Notes: a model not told the origin generated them from the letters alone. A DNA stretch of 64,000 nucleotides from an uncultured Nitrospiraceae bacterium (GCA_963846575.1 CAWJWJ010000001.1:1056001-1120000), one strand, 5' to 3'; shown: positions 19,371 to 29,275, numbered from the stretch's first letter. A program made the numbers and translations.

Positions 19371-19940
19371 TTAGTCCTTCACCACGAACTTGCCGCGTTT
19401 CGGCCAGGACAGCATTTGCGTGCGCTGGCCTTTCTCGCCATTGCTCAGCAATTTGACGCGTACCTCGTATTCGTACGATCCGATCGGGACCTGGTTTTTG
19501 TTATGGTCGAGGCCGTCCCACTCGAGGTCGATATGCACGCGTTTCTGGGAGGAGTCGCCATCCACCTGAGTGTTCGCCAGAACGTGTTCATTCACCGGCT
19601 GTCGGATCGAGAGGAAACGGAGCGATGTCATCGAGGAAGACGTCACCAGGGCTGAAACCTCGAGCATCAGCTGGTCATCGATGTCCTTAGGCAGTTGCAC
19701 GGTCGCGACAAAATGAAAAGGACCGGCCTGCGGACGATAAGGCATGGGTGTGGCTTGCAGCGTGAGGATTTTCAGTTCTGGTTCCGGTCGTGGAACGAGT
19801 TTGCTCTTGGTCTTGGCCAGCCCCTCGCCAACCTGCCCTGCCAGCAGGAAGATCGCGCTCACCAGCAAGAGGAAACCGAGCCGAATCCCCCGCGAGGCAG
19901 GGGCGGCGGCCAATGTGCTGGATCCTGACGAATTGATCAT
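19371..19940 (-). CDS. Exported protein with FlgD-like Ig domain motif
   Basis: Signal/TM segment; EWDGLDHNKNQVPIGSYEY resembles WDGxDxxGxxVxxGxY. Confidence 0.65.
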   Translation of the reverse strand: MINSSGSSTLAAAPASRGIRLGFLLLVSAIFLLAGQVGEGLAKTKSKLVPRPEPELKILTLQATPMPYRPQAGPFHFVATVQLPKDIDDQLMLEVSALVTSSSMTSLRFLSIRQPVNEHVLANTQVDGDSSQKRVHIDLEWDGLDHNKNQVPIGSYEYEVRVKLLSNGEKGQRTQMLSWPKRGKFVVKD

Positions 19941-20042
19941 GAATGCCGGTGTCGAACGGAATGAGTCGGCGGTTGAATCGGACGCGTATCTTCATTGGGG
20001 ATAACACAGCACCGGCGGGCTGTCAACGAAGGAGCGGAATGA

Positions 20043-20071
20043 TTGCTGTCTGGGTGCGGGTCCGGTAAGAT
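20043..20071 (+). promoter_or_regulatory. Possible sigma70 promoter for larC (TTGCTG-17-TAAGAT)
   Basis: Motif match with 17-bp spacer upstream of ATG 20110. Confidence 0.4.
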
Positions 20072-20109
20072 GCCGCTCGATTTTACCGGGAGTGAATGGC
20101 AGGAAGCTC

Positions 20110-21321
20110 ATGGCCAAGCATTTGCACTTCGACTGTTTCTCGGGCATCAGCGGTGATATGGTGCTGGGCGCGCTGGTGGATGCCGGTTTGCCCTTCAAGG
20201 AACTCGTTCGCGGGCTTACCCAGATGCCGGTCGAAGGGTTCCGTCTCACGAAGAAGCGGGTGGAGCGGGGGAGCGTCACGGCGACGAAGGTCGACGTGTT
20301 AATCGAAAAAGGATTTCGGGCGCCCTTGACTCTGGCTCAGATCAAACGGATTCTCCTGAAAAGCGGGTTGCCTGCAATCGTCAAAGGACAGAGCCAGGCG
20401 GTGTTCGATCGGTTGGCTGAAGCCGAGGGGCAGGCTCATGGAGTCGAACCCTCACAGGTGCATTTCCATGAAGTCGGCGTGATCGATTCATTCGTGGATG
20501 TCGTCGGCGGGGTGTTAGGCCTGCACCTGTTAGGGATTCAGCGAGTGACAGCCTCCGCGATTAATGTGGGATCCGGCACTGTGGCCTCGGCCCACGGGGT
20601 ACTGCCCGTGCCGGGACCGGCCGTGGCCGCCCTGGCGGTCGGGTTACCCATTTACGCTCAGGGCCCCTCCCGGGAGCTGGCGACGCCGACCGGTGTAGCC
20701 TTGGTCCGCACCCTTGCCAAGGAGTTCGGCCTGCTGCCTCCCATGGACGTGCGGCGAGTGGGATATGGAGCAGGAACGGCGAACCCGGCAGAGTGGCCGA
20801 ATGTGTTGCGGGTCTTTGTCGGTGAAGCATCCGAACCGGCAGTGGGTGTGGGCGAGACGATCGTGGAGCTGCAGACCAACATCGACGATCTCAATCCGCA
20901 AATCTATGAGACCGTGTTTGATCGGGTATTTGCCGCCGGTGCGGTCGATGCCACTGTGGCCCCGGTGACGATGAAAAAAGGTCGTCCCGGCAACGTACTC
21001 TCCGTGCTGGCTCCACGGGAAAAAGTCGAAGCGGTGTTGGCGGTGTTATTCGCCGACACGACGGCGCTGGGCATCCGCATTCACGAGGTCCAGCGACGGG
21101 TCTTGCCGCGTCGATTCACCTCGGTGCTCGTCGAGGGCTGCGAGGTCCGCATCAAACTGGCGGACCAGGCGCCGGGGCAGAGCAAAGCGTCACCCGAATA
21201 CGAAGACTGCAGACGCATTGCCGAACAAAGCGGCCGGCCTGTGAAAGATATCCTGGAATCCGCGATGCTGATGTACCGCCAGTCCCAGGGCAAAGTGCGA
21301 AGGGGCAAAGTGAACCATTGA
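20110..21321 (+). CDS. larC: Nickel-pincer cofactor nickel insertase LarC
   Basis: FDCFSGISGDM, VHFHEVG..DS, SAHGVLPVPGPA, ELATPTG, TNIDD, MKKGRPG and PEYEDC motifs. Confidence 0.94.
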   Translation: MAKHLHFDCFSGISGDMVLGALVDAGLPFKELVRGLTQMPVEGFRLTKKRVERGSVTATKVDVLIEKGFRAPLTLAQIKRILLKSGLPAIVKGQSQAVFDRLAEAEGQAHGVEPSQVHFHEVGVIDSFVDVVGGVLGLHLLGIQRVTASAINVGSGTVASAHGVLPVPGPAVAALAVGLPIYAQGPSRELATPTGVALVRTLAKEFGLLPPMDVRRVGYGAGTANPAEWPNVLRVFVGEASEPAVGVGETIVELQTNIDDLNPQIYETVFDRVFAAGAVDATVAPVTMKKGRPGNVLSVLAPREKVEAVLAVLFADTTALGIRIHEVQRRVLPRRFTSVLVEGCEVRIKLADQAPGQSKASPEYEDCRRIAEQSGRPVKDILESAMLMYRQSQGKVRRGKVNH

Positions 21322-21379
21322 GCGTCGAGACCGTTGCCCCGTCCCTCCTCCCTTGCCACGGCTCCCCACGAGGTCTCGC

Positions 21380-22393
21380 GTGACGATGCTCCTGTACGCG
21401 GGACTGTTCCTGGCCTCGGTGATTATTACCCTCGGCGGATGCCAGCTCTTCACGAATGGCATTGAATGGCTGGGGAAGCGTCTCCACATTTCCGAGGGCG
21501 CGGTCGGGAGCGTGTTCGCTGCAGTCGGGACGACCCTGCCGGAGACCTCGATTCCGATCATTGCCATTTTTTTCGGTGCAGGCCGGGAACAGGTCGAGGT
21601 GGGCCTGGGCGCGATCCTCGGCGCGCCCTTCATGCTGAGTACGCTGGTCTTGCCGATTCTCGCGCTGCTGTTACTGCTCTATGCCCGGATTGGAAAACGG
21701 ACGGCCACCTTCAAACTCAACTATGGCGAAGTCCGGATCGATATCCTGTTCTTCCTCATCAGTTATGCCCTGGCATTAATCTGTGCCGCCATCCCCTCGC
21801 GGCTCTTTCACTGGGCGATCGCCGCGGTCCTGATCGGACTGTATATCTATTACATGCGACTCAAATTCTCAGGAGAGGATGAGGAGACGGAGGGGGAGGG
21901 AACCATCGAACCACTCCTGTTTGCGAGGCGATCTCTCCACCCTTCCTATGTCGTCATCGGCCTGCAAGGGATTGTGGGGTTGCTGGGATTGATCGGAGGG
22001 GCGCATCTTTTCGTCACGGCAGCGAACTCCATTTCGGCCGAACTCCATGTCTCGCCGCTGATCCTCGCCTTGCTGATTGCGCCTCTGGCGACGGAGTTGC
22101 CTGAAATGTCCAATAGTTTTCTCTGGCTCTACCGGAAGAAGGATCGGCTGGCGGTGGGAAATGTCACCGGGGCCATGGTGTTTCAGGGCACGTTTCCCGT
22201 GTCCGTAGGCTTGCTGGGGACCGATTGGGTATTGGGAACGACGGCCCTGGCCACAATGGTGCTTGCCGTGTTCGCCATGGGGATCAGCCTGCTTCAGGTG
22301 CTGTGGTCGGGTCAGTGGCGCCCCTGGTTGCTCAGCGGCAGTGCCTTGCTGTACCTTGGCTACACATTATTCCTGTTCATGAATGGATCCTAA
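21380..22393 (+). CDS. Sodium:calcium (CaCA family) antiporter
   Basis: Alpha-repeats GTTLPE and ATELPE; GNVTGA; multiple TMs; start uncertain (21353/21380/21386). Confidence 0.88.
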   Translation: MTMLLYAGLFLASVIITLGGCQLFTNGIEWLGKRLHISEGAVGSVFAAVGTTLPETSIPIIAIFFGAGREQVEVGLGAILGAPFMLSTLVLPILALLLLLYARIGKRTATFKLNYGEVRIDILFFLISYALALICAAIPSRLFHWAIAAVLIGLYIYYMRLKFSGEDEETEGEGTIEPLLFARRSLHPSYVVIGLQGIVGLLGLIGGAHLFVTAANSISAELHVSPLILALLIAPLATELPEMSNSFLWLYRKKDRLAVGNVTGAMVFQGTFPVSVGLLGTDWVLGTTALATMVLAVFAMGISLLQVLWSGQWRPWLLSGSALLYLGYTLFLFMNGS

Positions 22394-23432
22394 ACGCATG
22401 CCACGTCCAGAACGTCCGGTCTTGGGCCTTACGATGGGTGATCCTGCCGGGATCGGGCCGGAGGTGATCGCGAAGGCCCTGGCCGATAGGGCCCTGGCGC
22501 GAATGTGCCGTCCCGTGGTGGTCGGCTCCCTTGCCGTGATGGAACGGACGATCACGTCGCTGAAGCTTCCGCTCCAGATTGTCGAGTTCGATCCGTCGCG
22601 CACCTCGCGACTCAAAGCCGGGCAGGTGGCCGTGGTGGATGCACTCGGCAGCCCCTTGCCGCGATTTCGCATGGGGGTGGCGTCGGAGGTCACCGGCGCT
22701 GCGTCTATTGCGTTCATCAAGACGGCTGTGGAACTTGCACAGGCGGGAATTCTCAGCGGGATCGTGACTGCGCCGATCAATAAAGAAGCCATGAACATGG
22801 CCGGTTATCATTATCCCGGCCATACGGAACTGCTGGCCGATCTGACCAAGACCAAGGAATTCGGCATGATGATCGTGGGCGGACCCCTGAAAATCATGTT
22901 CACCACCACCCATGTCGCGATCAATTCCCTTTCCTCAATGCTGACCACGGAACGGATTGCCACAGCCATTCGTCTCGCCCATCTGGGGCTGACGCGATAC
23001 TTCGGCATTGCGCGGCCGAAGATCGGTGTGGCGGCATTGAACCCGCATGCGGGCGAACACGGGTTGTTCGGAAACGAAGAGGCGACCAGCATTGTTCCGG
23101 CCGTGGAACAGGCCCGGGCCGCCGGAATCAAAGCCAGCGAACCGTTACCCGCCGATACGCTGTTCGGGAAAGCTGCCAGAGGCGCGTACGACGGCGTCGT
23201 GGCGATGTATCACGATCAAGGCCTGATCCCGCTGAAACTGATCGCCTTCGGTACGTGCGTGAATCTGACAGTGGGCCTCCCGATCATCCGGACTTCGGTG
23301 GACCATGGGACGGCGTATGATATCGCCGGCAAAGGGGTGGCTGAACATGGCAGCCTGTTGGAGGCCGTGAAGGTGGCCGCCAGACTGACCCAGTCCTGGT
23401 CATCTGCGACCGGACGGTCCATTCGTTCATAG
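22383..23432 (+). CDS. pdxA: 4-hydroxythreonine-4-phosphate dehydrogenase
   Basis: TMGDPAGIGPE, TAPINK, GHTE, LNPHAGE, MYHDQG and RTSVDHGTA motifs. Confidence 0.95.
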   Translation: MDPKRMPRPERPVLGLTMGDPAGIGPEVIAKALADRALARMCRPVVVGSLAVMERTITSLKLPLQIVEFDPSRTSRLKAGQVAVVDALGSPLPRFRMGVASEVTGAASIAFIKTAVELAQAGILSGIVTAPINKEAMNMAGYHYPGHTELLADLTKTKEFGMMIVGGPLKIMFTTTHVAINSLSSMLTTERIATAIRLAHLGLTRYFGIARPKIGVAALNPHAGEHGLFGNEEATSIVPAVEQARAAGIKASEPLPADTLFGKAARGAYDGVVAMYHDQGLIPLKLIAFGTCVNLTVGLPIIRTSVDHGTAYDIAGKGVAEHGSLLEAVKVAARLTQSWSSATGRSIRS

Positions 23433-23449
23433 AGAGGAGTGTGCCCGGT

Positions 23450-23761
23450 ATGTCAGAAACGGCCGCATCAGTCATCGATCAACAGGTGAAGGAGTTGGAT
23501 GCGATTGCGAAACGGACGGTGCAGGATTTTAATACCGTCCTGGGCGCGGAACGGATGGGGCAATGGAAGATCCGCACGGTGGCACTGTTGCAGCATCATA
23601 CGGGCAAGAAAGAGGCAGACGAGCTGGCGGGTAAGGATCCCGGTCCGGCCTTTACCAACGATCTGATCGAAGAATTCACCGATGAGGTGGAGTGTTATCG
23701 CTCATACCTCGTGGCGCTCGCCAAACGGCTCCGAGCCGCGGTGCCGCCGCCGGCAGGATAG
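23450..23761 (+). CDS. Hypothetical protein
   Basis: GAGGAG RBS; ORF lying between pdxA and rsmA. Confidence 0.75.
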   Translation: MSETAASVIDQQVKELDAIAKRTVQDFNTVLGAERMGQWKIRTVALLQHHTGKKEADELAGKDPGPAFTNDLIEEFTDEVECYRSYLVALAKRLRAAVPPPAG

Positions 23762-23775
23762 TTCGGCGCAAGACC

Positions 23776-24579
23776 ATGGCTCCCTCGTTCCCACCAGCGC
23801 TCAAACGGCTCGGCCAGAACTTCCTCATTGATCCTAACATCATACGCAAGATCGTGGCTCTGGCAGCGCTTCGTCCCGATGAGGCGGTGCTGGAAATCGG
23901 GCCGGGGCGAGGGGCCCTGACGGCAGGCTTGTGCGCCGACGCGGGCCGGGTCATTGCCGTCGAGATTGATCCGCAGCTGCAGCCTTTGCTCCAGGAGAGC
24001 CTCAAGCATTGTCGTAACCTGGACCTTCGGATCGGGGACGCGCTGGCATTCCCCTTCGAGACATTGCCGCCTCGCACCGTGGTGGTCGCGAATCTGCCCT
24101 ATTATGCCTCGACCCCGCTGCTGTTTGCGTTACTCGATGCCCGCGCCACACTCGACCGTATGGTCCTGATGCTGCAAACGGAAGTGGCTCTCCGGCTGAC
24201 GGCCAAACCGAACAGCAAGGACTATGGAATCCTTTCCGTGCTGACGCAGGAGGCGGCGGACGTGGAACTGGCCTTCCGTGTGTCCGCGAATTGTTTTCGC
24301 CCCCGCCCGACCGTGGGGTCGGCGGTGGTGCGCCTCACCATCAAGTCCCGGGACGGGTTCGACCCGGTTCATCACGAGCGATTCCGTCGCCTCGTGAGGG
24401 CGTCATTCGCTCATCGACGGAAGACCCTGGTGAATTCCTTGCGTGATGAAGGTTATCCCGCTGACCGCATCGCTCGCGCCATGGAAACGGCTGCGGTGCC
24501 GTTGCAGGCGAGGGCGGAAATGCTCACCCTGGAGACCTACCGCGCGCTCGCGCGCGGCATGCACCCGGATCAACCCTGA
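23776..24579 (+). CDS. rsmA: 16S rRNA m6,2A1518/1519 dimethyltransferase
   Basis: LGQNFLID, VLEIGPGRG, VANLPYY, MLQxEVA and RRKTL motifs. Confidence 0.95.
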   Translation: MAPSFPPALKRLGQNFLIDPNIIRKIVALAALRPDEAVLEIGPGRGALTAGLCADAGRVIAVEIDPQLQPLLQESLKHCRNLDLRIGDALAFPFETLPPRTVVVANLPYYASTPLLFALLDARATLDRMVLMLQTEVALRLTAKPNSKDYGILSVLTQEAADVELAFRVSANCFRPRPTVGSAVVRLTIKSRDGFDPVHHERFRRLVRASFAHRRKTLVNSLRDEGYPADRIARAMETAAVPLQARAEMLTLETYRALARGMHPDQP

Positions 24580-24638
24580 GCGCTGCTGCCGGGCGTGAAG
24601 CGCCGGCCTCAAGCCTTTGCGCGAGATGTTCCCTTTGT

Positions 24639-24667
24639 TTGAAAAGCCCTTTTCCCTGTGCTACGAT
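24639..24667 (+). promoter_or_regulatory. sigma70 promoter with extended -10 (TTGAAA-17-TACGAT, TG at 24659-60), 7 nt before the ftsK ATG
   Basis: Motif match; no SD; predicted +1 falls at or next to ATG 24675. Confidence 0.6.
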
Positions 24668-24674
24668 CCGCCGC

Positions 24675-27107
24675 ATGGGTGTATCCACCACGGCAAAGCG
24701 CGGTGACGCCCGCACAACTCCTTCCCGTTCCTCACATGTGAAGCGTGAAGTGATCGGGGTTCTCCTGATCGCCGCCGGTCTTTTGATCCTGCTCAGTCTG
24801 GTGTCGTTTTTCCCCGGTGACGCCAAGTCGATCGCGGCGTCCGGATCAGCCGGCCACCAGCCGAAAAACATGATCGGGTCCGTGGGGGCGTTGGCCGCGG
24901 CAGCGTCCTTTTACACGATCGGCGGAGCCGCCTATCTATTTCCGATTCTGCTCGGCCTGCTCGGCGCCCGCTGTTTCCTGCCGATCCCTCTCACCGTCCG
25001 ACTCAGAAATGCCGGCAGCGGTATCGCGGCGATGGTGTGCTTGAGTGCGTTCCTTCATTTGGAGGTGACGGCGGTTCCAACCATTTCGAGCGGATGGGTG
25101 AACCGGGGCCTGGCGGGCGGCCTGGTCGGCCAGGTATTGGCCGACGGCCTCCGGAGCTATTTCGCCAATACCGGCGCACATATCGTCGTGCTGACCGGGT
25201 TGATGATCTCGCTGCTGTTCACGCTCCCTATTTCTCTCACATTGCTGGTGCAGCGGCTTCCCGGGTGGTGGGCAGTCGTCCGCGAGCGCCTTGTGAACTG
25301 GTTGCCCGAGTGGCCAACCGCCCAGGCAGATGTGCCGAAACGGGTTCGTGTGAAGCCATCCCGCGCACCCCGTGAAAATGAAGAATCAGATTTCGACCGC
25401 GAGGTGGAAGTCGTGGCCGAGGCGGTGGAGCAGATCGCGGTTCCCATGATTCCGCCCAAGATTCAGCCGCCGCTGAAGGTCGAAAAACGCGTCCCCTCAG
25501 TCGAAGAACCGGCCGCGGCGGTCGCGACGAGCCAGTCCGTGTCGGATGGGTATGTGCTGCCCGACCCGCAAGAATTGTTGAGCGATCCTTCCGGACCACT
25601 GGCCCGCCTGAGCGACGCGGAAATTACCCAGCAGTCCGAGATTTTGACCAAGGCTCTGAAAAGCTTCACGATCGAAGGCCGGGTGACGGAAGTACGCCCC
25701 GGGCCGGTCGTGACCATGTACGAATTCGAACCGGCGCCCGGCACCAAAGTCGCCCGTATCGTCAATCTCGCTGATGATCTGGCCCTGGCTCTGAAGGCAA
25801 TCAGTCTGCGCATCGTGGCGCCGCTGCCGGGGAAATCGGTCGTGGGCATTGAGGTGCCCAATCCCCACCGCGAGACCGTCTCGCTCAAGGAAGTGGTGAC
25901 CAGTGATTCCTTCTCCCGATCGGGCTCCAAGTTGAGCCTGGCCTTGGGGAAGGATATTTTCGGCGCGGCCGTCAGCGCGGACCTCCAGAAAATGCCGCAT
26001 CTCCTCGTGGCCGGGGCTACCGGCGCGGGCAAGAGCGTGAGCTTGAACACGATGTTGCTCAGCATTTTGTTCAGCGCACGGCCGAATGAAGTCAAGCTGC
26101 TCCTCATCGATCCGAAAATGCTGGAGTTCCAAAGCTACGACGGCATTCCACACCTGCTGCGTCCCGTCATCACCGATCCCAAGTCTGCGGCACGTGGTTT
26201 GGGGTGGGTGGTGCAGGAAATGGAACGGCGGTACAAACTGTTGGCCGAGGCGGGCGTCCGCAGCATCGACGCATACAATCGAAGGATTTCCGAGATGCAC
26301 GGTGCCGTATCGGATGTGTGGCAAACCGGCAAAGCGGAGCAGGTTGAATTGACGTTTCTCTCCGAAGAAGAGCGGTTGTCGAAGGGAGAGAGCGCGGAGG
26401 CGGCCGGCGAAAACGGACCGGTTGATTCGGTCAAGCCGAGTCCGCCTGAGCCGCTGCCGTATATCATGGTCATGATCGATGAACTGGCAGACCTGATGAT
26501 GGTCGCTCCCAAAGATGTCGAAGACAAAATTGCGCGTCTGGCACAAATGGCCCGCGCCTCGGGAATCCATCTGGTGTTAGCCACCCAGCGCCCGTCGGTC
26601 GATGTCTTGACGGGGCTCATCAAAGCCAATTTTCCCGCCCGTATCGCGTTTCAAGTGTCGTCCAAGACCGACTCCCGCACAATTCTCGACGCCAACGGCG
26701 CAGAAGCCTTGCTGGGGCGCGGCGACATGCTGTATCTGGCCTCGGGGACGGGGAAGTTGATGCGTATTCACGGATCCTACGTATCGGATGACGACGTGCG
26801 GCGAGTCGTGGAATTCGTGAAGAAACAGGCGCTACCGTCCTATTGCCGTGAGTTGCAATCGTTGAAGCTGGACGAGGCGGAAGAAGAGCAGGCGAAGGAC
26901 GAAGTCTATGAACAGGCCAAGGATCTGGTGCTGTCGACCGGGCAGGCGTCGGCCTCGCTGATCCAGCGCCGTCTGCGCGTGGGATATCCCCGGGCGGCGA
27001 GGATGATCGAACAGATGGAGGCGGAAGGTGTGGTGGGAGCGGCAGGCCGGGATGGACGTCGGGAAGTCCTGGGCCGACGCGGACCGGTCGGAGGGGATGA
27101 GGCATGA
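24675..27107 (+). CDS. ftsK: DNA translocase FtsK
   Basis: N-terminal 4TM domain; GPVVT.YE, AGATGAGKS, IDPKMLE, IDELADLM and ATQRPS; C-terminal gamma domain ASLIQRRLRVGYPRA. Confidence 0.96.
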   Translation: MGVSTTAKRGDARTTPSRSSHVKREVIGVLLIAAGLLILLSLVSFFPGDAKSIAASGSAGHQPKNMIGSVGALAAAASFYTIGGAAYLFPILLGLLGARCFLPIPLTVRLRNAGSGIAAMVCLSAFLHLEVTAVPTISSGWVNRGLAGGLVGQVLADGLRSYFANTGAHIVVLTGLMISLLFTLPISLTLLVQRLPGWWAVVRERLVNWLPEWPTAQADVPKRVRVKPSRAPRENEESDFDREVEVVAEAVEQIAVPMIPPKIQPPLKVEKRVPSVEEPAAAVATSQSVSDGYVLPDPQELLSDPSGPLARLSDAEITQQSEILTKALKSFTIEGRVTEVRPGPVVTMYEFEPAPGTKVARIVNLADDLALALKAISLRIVAPLPGKSVVGIEVPNPHRETVSLKEVVTSDSFSRSGSKLSLALGKDIFGAAVSADLQKMPHLLVAGATGAGKSVSLNTMLLSILFSARPNEVKLLLIDPKMLEFQSYDGIPHLLRPVITDPKSAARGLGWVVQEMERRYKLLAEAGVRSIDAYNRRISEMHGAVSDVWQTGKAEQVELTFLSEEERLSKGESAEAAGENGPVDSVKPSPPEPLPYIMVMIDELADLMMVAPKDVEDKIARLAQMARASGIHLVLATQRPSVDVLTGLIKANFPARIAFQVSSKTDSRTILDANGAEALLGRGDMLYLASGTGKLMRIHGSYVSDDDVRRVVEFVKKQALPSYCRELQSLKLDEAEEEQAKDEVYEQAKDLVLSTGQASASLIQRRLRVGYPRAARMIEQMEAEGVVGAAGRDGRREVLGRRGPVGGDEA

Positions 27108-27826
27108 TGCGGATCTACTCAATGAGTGCGCTGGTGCTGTTTGGTGGCTTCCTGGCATGGGCTCACCCGGTCATGGCGGACGAACCGCCGGTGGATGAGC
27201 AGCTCGTCAAGGAAGTGCAGGAGGTCGTGAAGAACATCCAGGTCCGGTACGAAAAGACGAAAGATCTGCAGGCGACGTTTACTCAAAAGACGAGGATCGA
27301 GGGGTTTTCCACGCCGGTGGTTTCGACGGGCCGATTCTACATCAAGAAACCAGGACGCTTGCGCTGGGACTATATCGAGCCCGCGACGGAAGAAATCTAC
27401 GTCAATAAAGACGATGTCAAAATGTACGTTCCGGAGCACAAACAAGTGTTGGTGGGCAAGCTCACCTATATGGCCGCCTCCCAGGCCCCGCTGCAATTGC
27501 TGCAGGGTGTCGCGAAGTTGGATGAAGAGTTTGATATCGAACCGACTGCGAACAAAGAGCGGGGGGCGGGCGGCATTCCGCTGGTCTCTCTCACGCCCAA
27601 GCAGGGGCGCGCCGAACCCGAGCGGGCGATTCAGAAAATCGTGATTGAGGTGCAGCCCAAGACCTATTTTCTGAAGACCATTGCGTTGCATGAGGTCAGC
27701 GGCAATGTCGCCACCTTCGAATTTTCCGACCTGAAGCCGAATAGCGGATTAAAGGACGAGGTATTTGATTTCAAGACACCGGCAGATGTAGAAGTCGTAC
27801 GGGCGCCGGTGTTGAGCCGGCCCTAG
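27104..27826 (+). CDS. lolA: Outer-membrane lipoprotein carrier protein LolA
   Basis: Signal peptide; ATFTQ, KKPGRLRWDY and F.FKTPADVEV; conserved ftsK-lolA synteny. Confidence 0.88.
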   Translation: MMRIYSMSALVLFGGFLAWAHPVMADEPPVDEQLVKEVQEVVKNIQVRYEKTKDLQATFTQKTRIEGFSTPVVSTGRFYIKKPGRLRWDYIEPATEEIYVNKDDVKMYVPEHKQVLVGKLTYMAASQAPLQLLQGVAKLDEEFDIEPTANKERGAGGIPLVSLTPKQGRAEPERAIQKIVIEVQPKTYFLKTIALHEVSGNVATFEFSDLKPNSGLKDEVFDFKTPADVEVVRAPVLSRP

Positions 27827-28019
27827 CGGGAGATGCAGAAACGGTCCACGCCTGTCGTCCCCAGATGGCAGCAAAGCAGGACGTAGGCGCCACCTGCGAT
27901 GACTATCCTTCACGCGCAACCTATTCGAGCTTGAGGATGGTTTATCAGGAACCGACGGGACAGATGTACGATACAATGCTGGCATGCGGAGTGGCCGATC
28001 CGGCCTGGGCGAGGAGATC

Positions 28020-28775
28020 ATGAACCAGACTTACATGAGCGGCGTCACCGAGGCGGTGGAGCAGGCGGTCGCGGCATTGGACCTCGACCGGCTGGAACGG
28101 GAGTATTGGGAGCAGAACGAATTCCTGTATATTCCGGAGTTCCTTCCCCGTGCCTTCGTGGAGTCGTTGCTGGTTCCACAGGCGCAGGCGCTTAAATCAG
28201 GACTGAACCGCAATTATATTCCGGGCCATAAGAAGGGTGGGAGCGTCAGTTATTACGCGGTGAGGGAGCAGGCCCCGCCGTTCATTGATCTCTACAAGTC
28301 GGAGGCCTTCCGGGTGATGTTGAATCGATTGACCAGGGTCAATCTGCTGCTCTGCCCGGATAATGATCCACATGCCTGCGCCCTCTATTATTATACGGAA
28401 GCCGGCGATCATATCGGGTATCACTATGATACGTCCTACTATAAGGGTGCTCGATACACGATTCTGATGGGCTTGTTGGATCAGTCCACGCAATGCCGCC
28501 TGGTCTGTGATCTGTTTAAGGACGTGCCGGGGAAACAGCCGATTCATCGTGAGCTGGCTACTGCACCGGGCGATCTGGTGCTGTTCAACGGCGACAAGCT
28601 GTGGCATGCCGTCACCCCGCTTGGAGAGCGCGAGCAGCGGATCGTGCTCACAATGGAATACGTCACGAATCCTGAGATGGGTCCGTTCAAGCGGTTGTAT
28701 TCCAATCTCAAGGATTCATTCGGTTATTTCGGGCTGCGCTCGGTCTTCAAGCGATCCCCGTTCTCTCGCGTGTAG
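28020..28775 (+). CDS. 2OG-Fe(II) oxygenase
   Basis: HYD...H facial triad (HYDTS, LWHAVT) and 2OG-binding R (QRIVL); GAGGAG RBS. Confidence 0.82.
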   Translation: MNQTYMSGVTEAVEQAVAALDLDRLEREYWEQNEFLYIPEFLPRAFVESLLVPQAQALKSGLNRNYIPGHKKGGSVSYYAVREQAPPFIDLYKSEAFRVMLNRLTRVNLLLCPDNDPHACALYYYTEAGDHIGYHYDTSYYKGARYTILMGLLDQSTQCRLVCDLFKDVPGKQPIHRELATAPGDLVLFNGDKLWHAVTPLGEREQRIVLTMEYVTNPEMGPFKRLYSNLKDSFGYFGLRSVFKRSPFSRV

Positions 28776-28791
28776 TACGCCCTGCCCCTTC

Positions 28792-28822
28792 AGAACCAGC
28801 CAGGCCGCGGCTGGTCTTCTCT
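28792..28822. terminator. Possible hairpin terminator between convergent genes
   Basis: ACCAGCC-7 nt-GGCTGGT inverted repeat followed by a CT-rich run. Confidence 0.3.
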
Positions 28823-28837
28823 GCTCGACTCAGCTGC

Positions 28838-29275
28838 CTAGGCGACGAACTGATCCTTGAAGAGTGTGTGGTTATCGACCGCGCACTTCAGGACTCGAAG
28901 GAGATCCTGCTTGGTGACCGGCTTAACGAGATAGTCGCGCACGCCCATCTTCATCAGGGTGACTGCGAGGTCACAATCAGGATAACCCGTCAGTACGATC
29001 ACGGGAACCGAAGGATAGTGCGATCGGAAAAAATGAATCGCATCGATTCCATTGATGCGCGGCATGCGGATATCACACAGGATCGCATCGACCATCAACG
29101 GGTTGTCTCCATCGCCGAGCGCTGAGATGGCTTCTTCGCCATCGGCCGCCTCGGCGACTTCATAACCAGCCTGCAAGAGGGCGATTCGAATCGGTTTCCG
29201 GATAGAAAGCTCATCGTCCACGACGAGGATGCGTCCCTCGCACGGACGAATCGGAGTATGGGTAGGTTCATGCAT
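28838..29275 (-). CDS. Single-domain response regulator (REC)
   Basis: ILVVDDE, CDIRMPRING, LTG and YLVKP motifs; AGAGG RBS. Confidence 0.92.
   Translation of the reverse strand: MHEPTHTPIRPCEGRILVVDDELSIRKPIRIALLQAGYEVAEAADGEEAISALGDGDNPLMVDAILCDIRMPRINGIDAIHFFRSHYPSVPVIVLTGYPDCDLAVTLMKMGVRDYLVKPVTKQDLLRVLKCAVDNHTLFKDQFVA

Noticed and set aside
28020..28775. BesD-type Fe/2OG halogenase
   Set aside because: The triad is HxD...H; halogenases replace the Asp with Gly or Ala, so a hydroxylase is more likely
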